64,000 nt of DNA from Candidatus Merdivivens pullistercoris (GCA_017694935.1 JADIME010000044.1:10961-74960), one strand, 5' to 3'; positions 37,488 to 46,613 are shown, counted from the stretch's first letter. The notes: generated by a model not told the origin, from the letters alone. Numbers and translations: made by a program.

Positions 37488-37565
37488 CAATTCCAGCTCG
37501 GCAACATGAAACACGAAACTGTGTTCTCGGTCATACTGGTCCGGCAGGCGTACATCTGTCTTCTT

Positions 37566-37610
37566 GGGGGAAAGTGAACTGATTTGTCGCGAAACCGTAG
37601 CACTTTTCCC
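37566..37610. repeat. Conserved 45-nt GC-stem hairpin, copy B1
   Basis: 'gggggaaagtg aactgatttgtcgcgaaaccgtag cacttttccc'. Confidence 0.8.
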
Positions 37611-37671
37611 GTGGTATAATCGCGCTCTCGGCTCTACGGCCATTCTGCCGGCATCCCTCTCCCGTTCTTCC

Positions 37672-37715
37672 GGGGAAAGTGAATCGATTTGCCGCGAAAC
37701 CGTAGCACTTTCCCC
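37672..37715. repeat. Conserved 45-nt GC-stem hairpin, copy B2
   Basis: 'ggggaaagtg aatcgatttgccgcgaaaccgtag cactttcccc', followed by 'cggtacaaac'. Confidence 0.8.
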
Positions 37716-37909
37716 CGGTACAAACCGGACACCCGTCCTCTTTTTGCGAGGCATGCCATGCCACTCTCGGCTTCTGCGATATTCGGCTTCGCCGGAAATA
37801 CGGTTCACGCCTCGGCAACGCAAGCCGTCAGGCTTGCATAGCATGTTTCGCCCGTCGTATTCGTGAGCCCGAGGTCTCCCGTCTCTTCCAGACGAAACAT
37901 GTCAATTGT

Positions 37910-37954
37910 CAATGCAAATGTATTTGCATTGCTCTCGGCTTCTGCGTATATTTG
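37910..37954 (+). promoter_or_regulatory. Palindrome + consensus promoter cassette (distal, upstream of ftsY)
   Basis: Palindrome caatgcaaat-gt-atttgcattg (37910-37931). -33 TTTG at 37923-37926, the 20-nt spacer 'cattgctctcggcttctgcg', and -7 TATATTTG at 37947-37954. Confidence 0.55.
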
Positions 37955-37985
37955 CCCTGTCGGGCAGAAATACTGTTGCGCCTCG

Positions 37986-38040
37986 GAAAAGGAAATTGAA
38001 CAAGTTCATTTCCTTTTCTCTCGGCTTCTGCGTATATTTG
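37986..38040 (+). promoter_or_regulatory. Second hairpin + promoter cassette (proximal) driving ftsY
   Basis: Palindrome 'gaaaaggaaattgaac aa gttcatttccttttc', then 'tctcggcttctgcg' and -7 TATATTTG at 38033-38040. The ATG is at 38066. Confidence 0.55.
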
Positions 38041-38065
38041 CAAATTGTTGTATAATTGTTGTATT

Positions 38066-39046
38066 ATGGGTATTTTCGATAAGGGGTTGAAGAAGACCAA
38101 AGAAGGCTTTTTCTCCAGATTGTCAAAAGCTATCCTCGGCAAATCGGTGATAGACGATGATGTGCTTGACGGGATTGAGGAGGCTTTGATTGCTTCCGAC
38201 ATGGGAGTGGACACGACTATGAAAGTCATAGACAGGTTGGAGGAGCGGGTACAGCGTGACAAGTATATGAACCTGAAAGAGCTCGGAGATCTTGTCAAGG
38301 AAGAGGTGATGGCTCTGTTGAATGTTTCGGATGGCGGTAAAGCAGGACATTCCGATGGTGGCAAGGCCGGTTTTTCCGGCAATGGAGCGGCAGAACCGTT
38401 CGACTTCTCGAAGAAACCGTATGTCATCATGGTCGTCGGAGTGAACGGGGTAGGCAAGACCACGACGATAGGCAAGATCGCTTCCATGCTCAGGGCACAG
38501 GGGAAGAAAGTGGTCCTTGGAGCGGCGGATACTTTCAGGGCGGCGGCTGTCGATCAGCTGACAATCTGGGCGGAACGTTCCGGAGCGGACATAGTCAAGC
38601 AAGGCATGGGGGCGGATCCGGCATCCGTCGCTTACGATACAGTCAGTTCGGCTGTAGCCAAAGGAGCCGATGTGGTTCTGATAGATACTGCCGGAAGGCT
38701 TCACAATAAGGTCAATCTCATGAACGAGCTTACCAAGATCCGCAACGTGATGCGGAAAGTGGTGCCGGATGCTCCTCACGAGGTGCTGCTTGTTCTGGAC
38801 GGCTCTACCGGGCAGAACGCGTACATGCAGGCTCAGGAATTTGCAAAAGCCACGGATATTACCGCCTTGGCTGTCACAAAATTGGACGGAACGGCGAAAG
38901 GCGGTGTGGTAATAGGAATCGTGGACCGTTTCAAGGTGCCTGTGAAATTCGTCGGCATCGGCGAAGGCGTGGATGATTTGAAGATTTTTGACAAACGCGA
39001 GTTTATCGATTCGATATTTTCGATCGATGATATAAATAACAATTAA
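38066..39046 (+). CDS. ftsY: Signal recognition particle receptor FtsY
   Basis: 'MGIFDKGLKKTKEGFFSRL', the G-domain motifs 'GVNGVGKTTTIGK', 'DTAGR' and 'TKLDGTAKGG'. The track ORF begins 21 nt upstream. Confidence 0.95.
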   Translation: MGIFDKGLKKTKEGFFSRLSKAILGKSVIDDDVLDGIEEALIASDMGVDTTMKVIDRLEERVQRDKYMNLKELGDLVKEEVMALLNVSDGGKAGHSDGGKAGFSGNGAAEPFDFSKKPYVIMVVGVNGVGKTTTIGKIASMLRAQGKKVVLGAADTFRAAAVDQLTIWAERSGADIVKQGMGADPASVAYDTVSSAVAKGADVVLIDTAGRLHNKVNLMNELTKIRNVMRKVVPDAPHEVLLVLDGSTGQNAYMQAQEFAKATDITALAVTKLDGTAKGGVVIGIVDRFKVPVKFVGIGEGVDDLKIFDKREFIDSIFSIDDINNN

Positions 39047-39050
39047 CGAT

Positions 39051-41513
39051 ATGAAGATTTCTTACAGTTGGCTGAAAGAATACATCGCTACGGATTTTAC
39101 TCCGGAGCAGATAGCGTCCGCCTTGACTTCTACAGGACTTGAAGTGGAGGCGATGGAGTATGTGGAACCGGTCAAAGGCGGCCTTGAAGGGGTTGTCGTT
39201 GCCGAAGTTACGGAGTGCGTGCCTCACCCGGATTCCGATCATCTGCATATAACAAAGGTAAATGCCGGCGGCGGCGAACTTTTGCAGGTAGTCTGCGGCG
39301 CATCCAATGTGGCTGCGGGACAAAAAGTGCTGCTCGCTACAGTGGGCTCGCGGCTTCCGGCCGAAGACGGTACTGAATTCAAGATTAAAAAATCCAAGAT
39401 CAGGGGAGTCGAGTCTTTCGGAATGATCTGCGCTGAAGATGAACTGGGGATAGGTTCGTCCCATGAAGGTATCATGGTGCTCGACCCGTCTGCCGTACCC
39501 GGTACGCCGGCCAAGGAGTACCTCGGCCTTGAAGGCGATGTGGTGTATGAAATCGGACTTACTCCAAACAGGATAGACGCGGCTTCGCATATCGGGGTGG
39601 CAAGGGATCTGTATGCATATCTTGTTACCCACGGCCATGAGGCTGTCATGACTTTGCCGGATGTGGGCGCATTCAGGCCGGGAAACGGCAAAGGCCCGCA
39701 AATAGAAGTCCTTGCGCCTGAAAAGGCTCCGCGTTACTCAGGCCTGACCATAAAAGACGTGAAGGTCGGAGAGTCTCCCGAATGGTTGAAGAAAAGGCTG
39801 CTTTCGGTGGGGCTGAGGCCGATAAACAACATAGTGGACATTACCAATTTCGTTATGCAGGAAGCCGGTTTGCCTCTCCATGCATTCGATTTGGGAAAAG
39901 TGGAAGGAGGAAAAATCGTGGTGCGCCCTGCCGCCGAAGGCGAAAAATTCGTCACTCTCGACGGTGTGGAACGTACGCTTTCTTCTGAAGACCTTATGAT
40001 CTGCGATGCTGTAAAGCCTATGTGCATGGCCGGTATTTTCGGCGGGGAATTTTCCGGAATAAGCAATACTACGACGGATATTTTCCTGGAAAGCGCATAC
40101 TTCAACCCTGTTACGGTGCGTAAAAGTTCCAAGAGGCACGGATTGAAGACGGATGCGTCCTTCCGTTATGAACGCGGAGTGGATCCTGCATTGACGGACT
40201 ATGCGGCCAAAAGGGCGGCTTTGCTGATTCTCGAATGTGCCGGAGGTTATATCGAAGGAGGTATCACGGAGTGTTTTTCACAGCCTGTAATCAAAAGCCG
40301 GGTAGAACTGGATTTTCCGAGGATAGATACTTTGATCGGCAAACACATCGGCGCGGAAAAAATGGTCTCCATCCTTGAAGCTCTTGAATTTTCAATCATC
40401 GGACGCTTATATGCGGCTGACGGTTCTTTGACGGGGGCTACAGTGGAAGTGCCTTCGTACAGGGTGGATGTTACCCGTGAATGCGATGTCATTGAAGAGA
40501 TCCTCAGGATATACGGTTATGACAATGTCGAATTTCCTTCCCGCGTGAGGATTTCGGCCAACGCTTCATCGGGGATAAATCCCGAAAGGGTGTCCGGCCT
40601 GCTTTCCGACCTGCTGTCCGCCAACGGTTTCAGCGAGATAATGAACAATTCGCTTACGAAAGGGGATTATTATTCGAAATTGTCGTCCTTCCCGGCAGAG
40701 CGGTCCGTATCGGTACTCAATCCTTTGAGCTCGGACCTGAATGTCATGCGTCAAACATTGCTGTTCAATGGCTTGGAGGTCATAGAACACAATATCAACC
40801 GTCAGGTATCGTCCATGAAACTTTATGAATACGGTTCCGTTTATGCGAAAAAAGGCACGGAGCTGGGAAAGGTTTCCGATATAGACGAGAGGAAAATGTT
40901 TTCCATGTTTGTCACGGGTTCTACTGAAAAATCGTGGAACCGTCAGCCCGGCAAAAGCGATTATTTCCTGCTGAAAGGGTATCTTGAAATGATTCTGAGA
41001 AGGGTAGGCGCCGACATATATTCTTTTGAGACTTCACCGGCACCGCAAGATATTTTCTCGGAAGGCATGGAATACTCTTTGCAGGGAAAGAAAGTGGCTG
41101 TAATCGGAGCGGTTGCCCCTGCCGTATTGAAGCAATTCGGCATAAAGCAGCCGGTGTTCGCGGCGGAAGTTTCCTTCGATGCGATTATGCGTTTTGCCGC
41201 ACGTAATGAAGTGAAATATTCTCCTCTCCCGAAATTCCCGGAGGTAAGGCGCGACCTGGCTTTGCTTATAGACGAGGGAGTGTCTTTTGCCGACATGCGC
41301 AAGGCCGCGTTCAAGGCAGGGCGCAAGCTTTTGAGGCAGGTATCCCTCTTCGATGTCTACCGAGGGGACAAGATTCCTCAGGGAAAGAAACAATATGCGT
41401 TGTCATTCGTTATCCGTGATTTGGACAAGACATTGACGGACAAGGATGTAGAACGGTTTATGGAAAATATGGTGAAAACGTTCCAGAATGAATTCGGCGC
41501 TCAATTGCGATGA
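39051..41513 (+). CDS. pheT: Phenylalanine--tRNA ligase beta subunit
   Basis: 820 aa. 'MKISYSWLKEYI' together with the tRNA-binding (OB) domain, then B3/4, B5 and FDX-ACB domains in the usual order. Confidence 0.93.
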   Translation: MKISYSWLKEYIATDFTPEQIASALTSTGLEVEAMEYVEPVKGGLEGVVVAEVTECVPHPDSDHLHITKVNAGGGELLQVVCGASNVAAGQKVLLATVGSRLPAEDGTEFKIKKSKIRGVESFGMICAEDELGIGSSHEGIMVLDPSAVPGTPAKEYLGLEGDVVYEIGLTPNRIDAASHIGVARDLYAYLVTHGHEAVMTLPDVGAFRPGNGKGPQIEVLAPEKAPRYSGLTIKDVKVGESPEWLKKRLLSVGLRPINNIVDITNFVMQEAGLPLHAFDLGKVEGGKIVVRPAAEGEKFVTLDGVERTLSSEDLMICDAVKPMCMAGIFGGEFSGISNTTTDIFLESAYFNPVTVRKSSKRHGLKTDASFRYERGVDPALTDYAAKRAALLILECAGGYIEGGITECFSQPVIKSRVELDFPRIDTLIGKHIGAEKMVSILEALEFSIIGRLYAADGSLTGATVEVPSYRVDVTRECDVIEEILRIYGYDNVEFPSRVRISANASSGINPERVSGLLSDLLSANGFSEIMNNSLTKGDYYSKLSSFPAERSVSVLNPLSSDLNVMRQTLLFNGLEVIEHNINRQVSSMKLYEYGSVYAKKGTELGKVSDIDERKMFSMFVTGSTEKSWNRQPGKSDYFLLKGYLEMILRRVGADIYSFETSPAPQDIFSEGMEYSLQGKKVAVIGAVAPAVLKQFGIKQPVFAAEVSFDAIMRFAARNEVKYSPLPKFPEVRRDLALLIDEGVSFADMRKAAFKAGRKLLRQVSLFDVYRGDKIPQGKKQYALSFVIRDLDKTLTDKDVERFMENMVKTFQNEFGAQLR

Positions 41514-42265
41514 GATATAAAAGATATATCGTCATACCGTTTTTGATTGTGTTTCTGCTGCTATCCTCCGGATGTTCGAGAAAAGACCGGATACCGAGAG
41601 CGAAAATGGCGGAAATCAATGCCGAATTGTTTATTGTGGACCAGTGGCTGGACAAGAACCAGATATATCTGACCGCTGCCGATACATCGCTGGTGTACGG
41701 GCAGGTTTTTGAGAAATACGGATATACCGGGGATGACTACATGAAAAGCCTCGAATACTATTCGCTTGATCCTGACCGCTATACAAGGATATTGAAAAAA
41801 AGCCGCATGATAATAGAGAAACGCCGCGAGGCCGTGATCGACCTTATTCTGGAAGATGACAGCGACAGGCGTTCGGGTGCGGTACTGGACAGCCTGATCA
41901 GGAACTTGCCTCCGGTGAGATATCTGGCATCAGTAGCGGACACCGCCAATATGTCAATAGTGGACACATCGGGAATGGCATGTGTCTTTGTCGATACGCT
42001 GTTCTTCCTTGAAGACACTTCCGCCTGTGCGGATACGCTGAGATTCATAGCGGACTCGACATTTTTGGCCAGGAGGGACAGCGCGGCGATGCAGGCAGTG
42101 GCCGATTCTCTGTTTGCCGCAGATACATCGGCGGCAGTGTGTACGGCAGTTTTTACAGAGCTATTGCAGATTGGCGGAGGTGATGTGACCGGGGAGTTTT
42201 CCTCCGACACGTCGGGGTTTCATCAGAATACATTGACAACAGATAAAAGTAACAAGATAAAATGA
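41510..42265 (+). CDS. DUF4296-like lipoprotein with a low-complexity Asp/Ser/Thr/Ala C-terminal half
   Basis: Lipobox 'LLLSSGC'. 'IPRAKMAEINAELFIVDQW...YGQVFEKYGYTGDDYMKSLEYY' fits the DUF4296 pattern (from memory). ATGA overlap with pheT. Confidence 0.55.
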   Translation: MRYKRYIVIPFLIVFLLLSSGCSRKDRIPRAKMAEINAELFIVDQWLDKNQIYLTAADTSLVYGQVFEKYGYTGDDYMKSLEYYSLDPDRYTRILKKSRMIIEKRREAVIDLILEDDSDRRSGAVLDSLIRNLPPVRYLASVADTANMSIVDTSGMACVFVDTLFFLEDTSACADTLRFIADSTFLARRDSAAMQAVADSLFAADTSAAVCTAVFTELLQIGGGDVTGEFSSDTSGFHQNTLTTDKSNKIK

Positions 42266-43461
42266 GGATATTTACTTCTGATTATATTTTCCCTGTCGTT
42301 TCCGACCCTGTCCGGGACGGTTATGTCATGACGGACGATGAGGGTTATGTGTTGAAGACAGGTGCGGCACGCGATCTCAACCCTTCGGCATTGTCGGTCG
42401 CGGAATATTATCCCGGAGCCATTGTCCCCGGTTTTGTGAATGCGCATTGCCATATAGAACTGTCCTATCTGAAAGGGGCTTTTACCAAAGGCAGCGGCAT
42501 GGCCGGTTTCATCGACCAGATCAACGCTTTGAGGGACTCGGTAGATAAAGACGGGCGTATAGATGCTTTGGAAACGGAGATGAGAAACCTTTACCGTCAG
42601 GGTGTTTCGGCAATGGCCGATATTTCCAACTGCGATGAAAGTTTCGATTGCAAGTCGCGTTCCCCTATGTACACACGTACGTTCGTAGAGCTTTTCGGCA
42701 CCGACCCTTCAGAGGCGGACATGATAGTGGAAGGCGCTTTGGAACTTTGCGCAAAAGCCAAAGAAATGGAGATAGACGCGGCTCCTACTCCGCATTCATG
42801 TTATACCATGTCTCCAGAATTGCTCAGGGCGGCATCGGCTGCAGGGCTTAAGAGCGGCTATCTTTCCTATCATTCACAGGAAAGCGGGCAGGAAGAAGAA
42901 CTGATAATGTCAGGAACGGGCGCACTTGCCGAGAATTACAAAGGCCGCGGCCTTCCTACGCCTCCTGTCACAGGCGGGACCGCCCTTGAATATTTCATAG
43001 ACAATCTCCGCAAGGTCATGCGTTCTCCGATCAGGGGACATATATTGCTCGTACACAATGTAGTGATAAATAAAAGGAGCATAGATTACGCAAAACAATG
43101 GCTAAAGTCTCCTTATTTTGCAATATGCCCGTTGTCCAATCTGTTTATCCACAATCAGTTGCCTCCTTTGAACCTTATGAGGGAGGAAGGATTGAAGATA
43201 ACGATAGGCACGGATTCGCTTTCCAGCAACGACCAGTTGTCCATCGTGGCGGAAATGAAATGCATTCAGGACAATTTCCCTGATATCCCGTTTGCCGAGA
43301 TACTCCGGTGGGCTACTGTAAACGGAGCCGAGTTCCTTGACAAGGATGATGACCTTGGGACTTTTGAGGCGGGGAAAAAGCCCGGTATCGTAAATATAGA
43401 GGGTTTCGATGCTGCTTCAATGCGGCTGACAGAAGCGGCCTCGTCTGTAAGGATACTTTAA
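42262..43461 (+). CDS. Amidohydrolase family protein (metal-dependent hydrolase/deaminase-like)
   Basis: 'PGFVNAHCHIELS' is the HxH metal site. 'LVHN' and 'GTDSLSSN' are additional amidohydrolase motifs. Confidence 0.7.
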   Translation: MRIFTSDYIFPVVSDPVRDGYVMTDDEGYVLKTGAARDLNPSALSVAEYYPGAIVPGFVNAHCHIELSYLKGAFTKGSGMAGFIDQINALRDSVDKDGRIDALETEMRNLYRQGVSAMADISNCDESFDCKSRSPMYTRTFVELFGTDPSEADMIVEGALELCAKAKEMEIDAAPTPHSCYTMSPELLRAASAAGLKSGYLSYHSQESGQEEELIMSGTGALAENYKGRGLPTPPVTGGTALEYFIDNLRKVMRSPIRGHILLVHNVVINKRSIDYAKQWLKSPYFAICPLSNLFIHNQLPPLNLMREEGLKITIGTDSLSSNDQLSIVAEMKCIQDNFPDIPFAEILRWATVNGAEFLDKDDDLGTFEAGKKPGIVNIEGFDAASMRLTEAASSVRIL

Positions 43462-43476
43462 AACAGATTTGAAGAC

Positions 43477-44241
43477 ATGTCTACGGCACTTTTTGAAAAT
43501 ATAATATTCGGTCCGGTTTCTTCCCGCAGATTAGGGGTTTCGCTCGGGGTCAATCTTTTGCCCCAGCATGGCAAACTGTGCGATTTCGACTGTATTTATT
43601 GCGAATGCGGATGGAACAGCCAGCACAGGGAAGACAACCGTCTGCCGTCTTCCGAAGAAGTCGCTTCCGCCCTTGAAGGCAGGCTGAAAGCATTTGCGGA
43701 GGAAGGCAAGCCTTTGGATACGATTACATTTTCCGGCAACGGCGAGCCTACGCTTCATCCCGATTTTCCGGAAATAATAGACAACACATTGCGGCTCAGA
43801 GACAAATATTGTCCGAAGGCAAAGGTGTCAGTGCTTTCGAATGCTACGATGATATGGAAGCCCCGGGTGCGCGAGGCGCTTTTGAAGGTGGACAATCCCA
43901 TCCTGAAACTGGACAGCCCGGACATAGAGGTGGTCCGCAGCGTGAACAGGCCTCAGGGCGAATACTCTATTGAGACAATTGTCGAAGGAATGGAGGCTTT
44001 CAAAGGCGATTTCATATTGCAGACCATATTTTTCAAGGGTTCAGGATATGATATGCTGGATCCTGAACGGGTGCGGAGGTGGTACGGTATCGTGAGGCGC
44101 GTACGTCCACGTGAGATAATGATGTATACCATCGACAGGGACACTCCCGAGCATGGTTTGGAGAAAGTTTCCGTGGAAGAAATGGCTAAGATCGCCGGAC
44201 CTCTTGAAAAAGAGGGCTTTATGGTACAGATCAGAGGTTAG
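43477..44241 (+). CDS. Radical SAM protein
   Basis: CxxxCxxC cluster 'CDFDCIYCECG' and the 'FSGNGEPTLHP' SAM-binding motif. Confidence 0.8.
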   Translation: MSTALFENIIFGPVSSRRLGVSLGVNLLPQHGKLCDFDCIYCECGWNSQHREDNRLPSSEEVASALEGRLKAFAEEGKPLDTITFSGNGEPTLHPDFPEIIDNTLRLRDKYCPKAKVSVLSNATMIWKPRVREALLKVDNPILKLDSPDIEVVRSVNRPQGEYSIETIVEGMEAFKGDFILQTIFFKGSGYDMLDPERVRRWYGIVRRVRPREIMMYTIDRDTPEHGLEKVSVEEMAKIAGPLEKEGFMVQIRG

Positions 44242-44244
44242 GGG

Positions 44245-44727
44245 ATGAGAGCGGTTTTACAGCGCGTCCTGTCTGCCGAGGTCAGGATTGCATCTGAAAA
44301 GGACATGGATCTGTCCGGAATGCCCGTATCCGGGAAGATAAGCAAAGGCCTGTTGGTACTTGCCGGTTTCGTGCCCGAGGATACGGACGGGGATTTGGAA
44401 TGGATAGCGAAAAAGATCCTGTCGATGCGGATTTTTGACGATGATGAAGGCGTGATGAACAAATCGCTTTTGGACATTTCTGGAGAAATACTTGTAGTAA
44501 GCCAGTTTACCTTGCTTGCTTCGACTAAAAAAGGGAACAGGCCGTCATACATCAGGGCCGCACGCGGCGAGATATCCTCTCCCTTGTATGACAGATTCCT
44601 GGATATGGTATCCGCCATGTCCGGAAAGAAGGCCGGACGGGGAGTTTTCGGGGCGGACATGAAAGTTTCGCTCGTAAACGACGGGCCTGTCACCATAATT
44701 TTGGATTCAAAAGAAAAGGATTTTTGA
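44245..44727 (+). CDS. dtd: D-aminoacyl-tRNA deacylase
   Basis: 'MRAVLQRV', 'SQFTLLAST', 'NDGPVTI'. Confidence 0.9.
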   Translation: MRAVLQRVLSAEVRIASEKDMDLSGMPVSGKISKGLLVLAGFVPEDTDGDLEWIAKKILSMRIFDDDEGVMNKSLLDISGEILVVSQFTLLASTKKGNRPSYIRAARGEISSPLYDRFLDMVSAMSGKKAGRGVFGADMKVSLVNDGPVTIILDSKEKDF

Positions 44728-44737
44728 TATTTTTTGT

Positions 44738-45634
44738 ATGATTGAACATTTTTCTCAAAAATACGGTTATGAACCGGATATGGATACCATTGACAGTCAG
44801 TTAAGTATCCTTGCCCGTGACATAGACGGGGCAATGACCCCGGAGATGCTGGCGGCCTGCTTCGGCATGATGGATCTTACTTCTTTGAAAAACAATGACA
44901 CCCCTTCTTCCATACGTCGTATGGTAGAGAAGGCGGATGCATTCAAAAAGTATTATCCTTCATATCCTAACCCGGCTTCGGTCTGTGTCTTTTCCAATTT
45001 CGCCCCGGTAGTCAAGGCTTGTAAAAAGAGCGAAGACATACATATTACCGTTGTCAGCGGCGTATTTCCGCATTCGCAAAGTTTCCTTGAAGTAAAATTG
45101 CTGGAATGCAGGATGGCTGTGGAAGCAGGAGCGGATGAAGTGGACGTGGTGATTGCACTGAACGCTTTTCTGGACGGGGATTATGAACGGGTATACGATG
45201 AATTGTCGGCAATCCGGAAGGCGGTGGACGAGGCCGCCGCATCGCAGGGACGGACTGTGATACTCAAAGCCATACTTGAGACGGGTTTGCTCGTCACTCC
45301 AGAAAACATAGCCGTGGCGTCTTTCATAGCGATGGAAGCCGGCGTGGATTTCATAAAGACTTCCACAGGCAAGACCGAAGTGTCGGCCACCCCGTCGGCG
45401 GCATATATAATGTGCGAGTGCATCCGCGCATTTTTCAAGGCGACCGGGAGGAAAGTCGGCTTTAAACCTGCCGGAGGGATGACTACCGGCAGGGATGCGG
45501 CATGTTATTACCTGATAGTCTCGTCCGTGCTCGGCAAGGAATGGCTTGACAAGAGCCTGTTCCGCTTCGGGGTAAGCCGTATGGCCAACAATCTGCTTTC
45601 CGACCTCGAGCAATGTAAGGTGAATTATTTTTAA
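44738..45634 (+). CDS. deoC: Deoxyribose-phosphate aldolase (long form)
   Basis: 'GADEVDVVI' and 'FIKTSTGK' (Schiff-base Lys), with a TIM-barrel pattern. Confidence 0.8.
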   Translation: MIEHFSQKYGYEPDMDTIDSQLSILARDIDGAMTPEMLAACFGMMDLTSLKNNDTPSSIRRMVEKADAFKKYYPSYPNPASVCVFSNFAPVVKACKKSEDIHITVVSGVFPHSQSFLEVKLLECRMAVEAGADEVDVVIALNAFLDGDYERVYDELSAIRKAVDEAAASQGRTVILKAILETGLLVTPENIAVASFIAMEAGVDFIKTSTGKTEVSATPSAAYIMCECIRAFFKATGRKVGFKPAGGMTTGRDAACYYLIVSSVLGKEWLDKSLFRFGVSRMANNLLSDLEQCKVNYF

Positions 45635-45644
45635 ACACGCATAT

Positions 45645-46232
45645 ATGAACAAGATACGTAATATGGCATTGCCTTTCATCTGCCTGCTCGCATTGCTTCC
45701 CCTGCAGTCCCGCGCACAAGGCTATTGGAGCGGCATAGGAGTGAAGATAGGCAACAATCTTGCTTTGGATTACAAGATATTCGTGACCGAAAGGCAGGCT
45801 CTGGATTTAAGTATAGGAATACTTGAGCCTTTTGACGGTATAGACAAAAGGGGGCCGCAGTTCGTCCTCTTCTCGCCGGATTATCTGTTCCATTTCCCTG
45901 TGTCCGAAGACGGTTTCAGTCTTTTCATCGGTCCGGGAGTCTCGCTCGGGGCCCAGTTCGGCATCATGGATGACAATGGGAACCTTGTCACGGAAGAAAG
46001 GAATTTCTATTTTTCGGTGGATGCGGCGATGGGCGTGGAGTACAAATTGCCGGATGTTCCTCTTGCCCTGGCGTTCGAATGGTCTCCGAAATTGCAGTTG
46101 GCAGGTGACGAGCGCAGGATAACGGTGGGTGAGAACGGGAAACCTTTGCGCCCTAAGGACTGGTATGACGAGAAAAGGCATGCCACTGCACGGCTCGGGG
46201 ATCTGACGATAGGAATAAGGTATACTTTTTAA
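45645..46232 (+). CDS. Hypothetical secreted/outer-membrane protein
   Basis: Signal peptide 'LALLPLQSRAQ', beta-strand-rich, aromatic C-terminal residue (..IRYTF). No recognisable family. Confidence 0.5.
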   Translation: MNKIRNMALPFICLLALLPLQSRAQGYWSGIGVKIGNNLALDYKIFVTERQALDLSIGILEPFDGIDKRGPQFVLFSPDYLFHFPVSEDGFSLFIGPGVSLGAQFGIMDDNGNLVTEERNFYFSVDAAMGVEYKLPDVPLALAFEWSPKLQLAGDERRITVGENGKPLRPKDWYDEKRHATARLGDLTIGIRYTF

Positions 46233-46239
46233 AAAAAAC

Positions 46240-46409
46240 GATTATCCGCAAAATTACCCTTATGAAGATGAAAGCAGTAATAGCCACGGACAGTACATCC
46301 CTCCTACCGCTTCGCGGCAGGCACCACCCGTTCACGAGGCCACGGGCGGCCACGCTGTCCGTGGCTATTACTGCATACACAATCATTTGGGGTAATTTTG
46401 CGGATAATC
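46240..46409. repeat. 170-bp nested palindrome (two 20-bp perfect inverted-repeat pairs)
   Basis: The outer arms are gattatccgcaaaattaccc (46240-46259) and gggtaattttgcggataatc (46390-46409). The inner arms are gcagtaatagccacggacag (46274-46293) and ctgtccgtggctattactgc (46355-46374). Confidence 0.9.
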
Positions 46410-46613
46410 ATAAAAAATAATTGTTACATTTTTTCATTTTAAGTTATATCTGAAAAATCCATGACCGGTGCGCCTCTATGGCGGCATTTGTTTGGAATCG
46501 ATTTTGTAAATGGTTGATTTATAACAGAAAAGCGAGGCGTATGCCCCGCTTTTCTGTTTTGCGGTTACATGAAAACCGCTTAATTTAGCAGTGCTAAACA
46601 TAAAATTCACGAT

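Noticed and set aside
36948-38065. Prophage or genomic island integrated at the tmRNA gene.
   Set aside because: No integrase, excisionase or phage-like ORF was found, and no duplicated ssrA 3' end (att) was seen in the following 1.1 kb. The region is non-coding repeats followed by ftsY.
46153-46386. 77-aa minus-strand ORF across the nested palindrome.
   Set aside because: It is generated by the palindrome itself, overlaps the 3' end of the upstream gene, and has no motif or start context.
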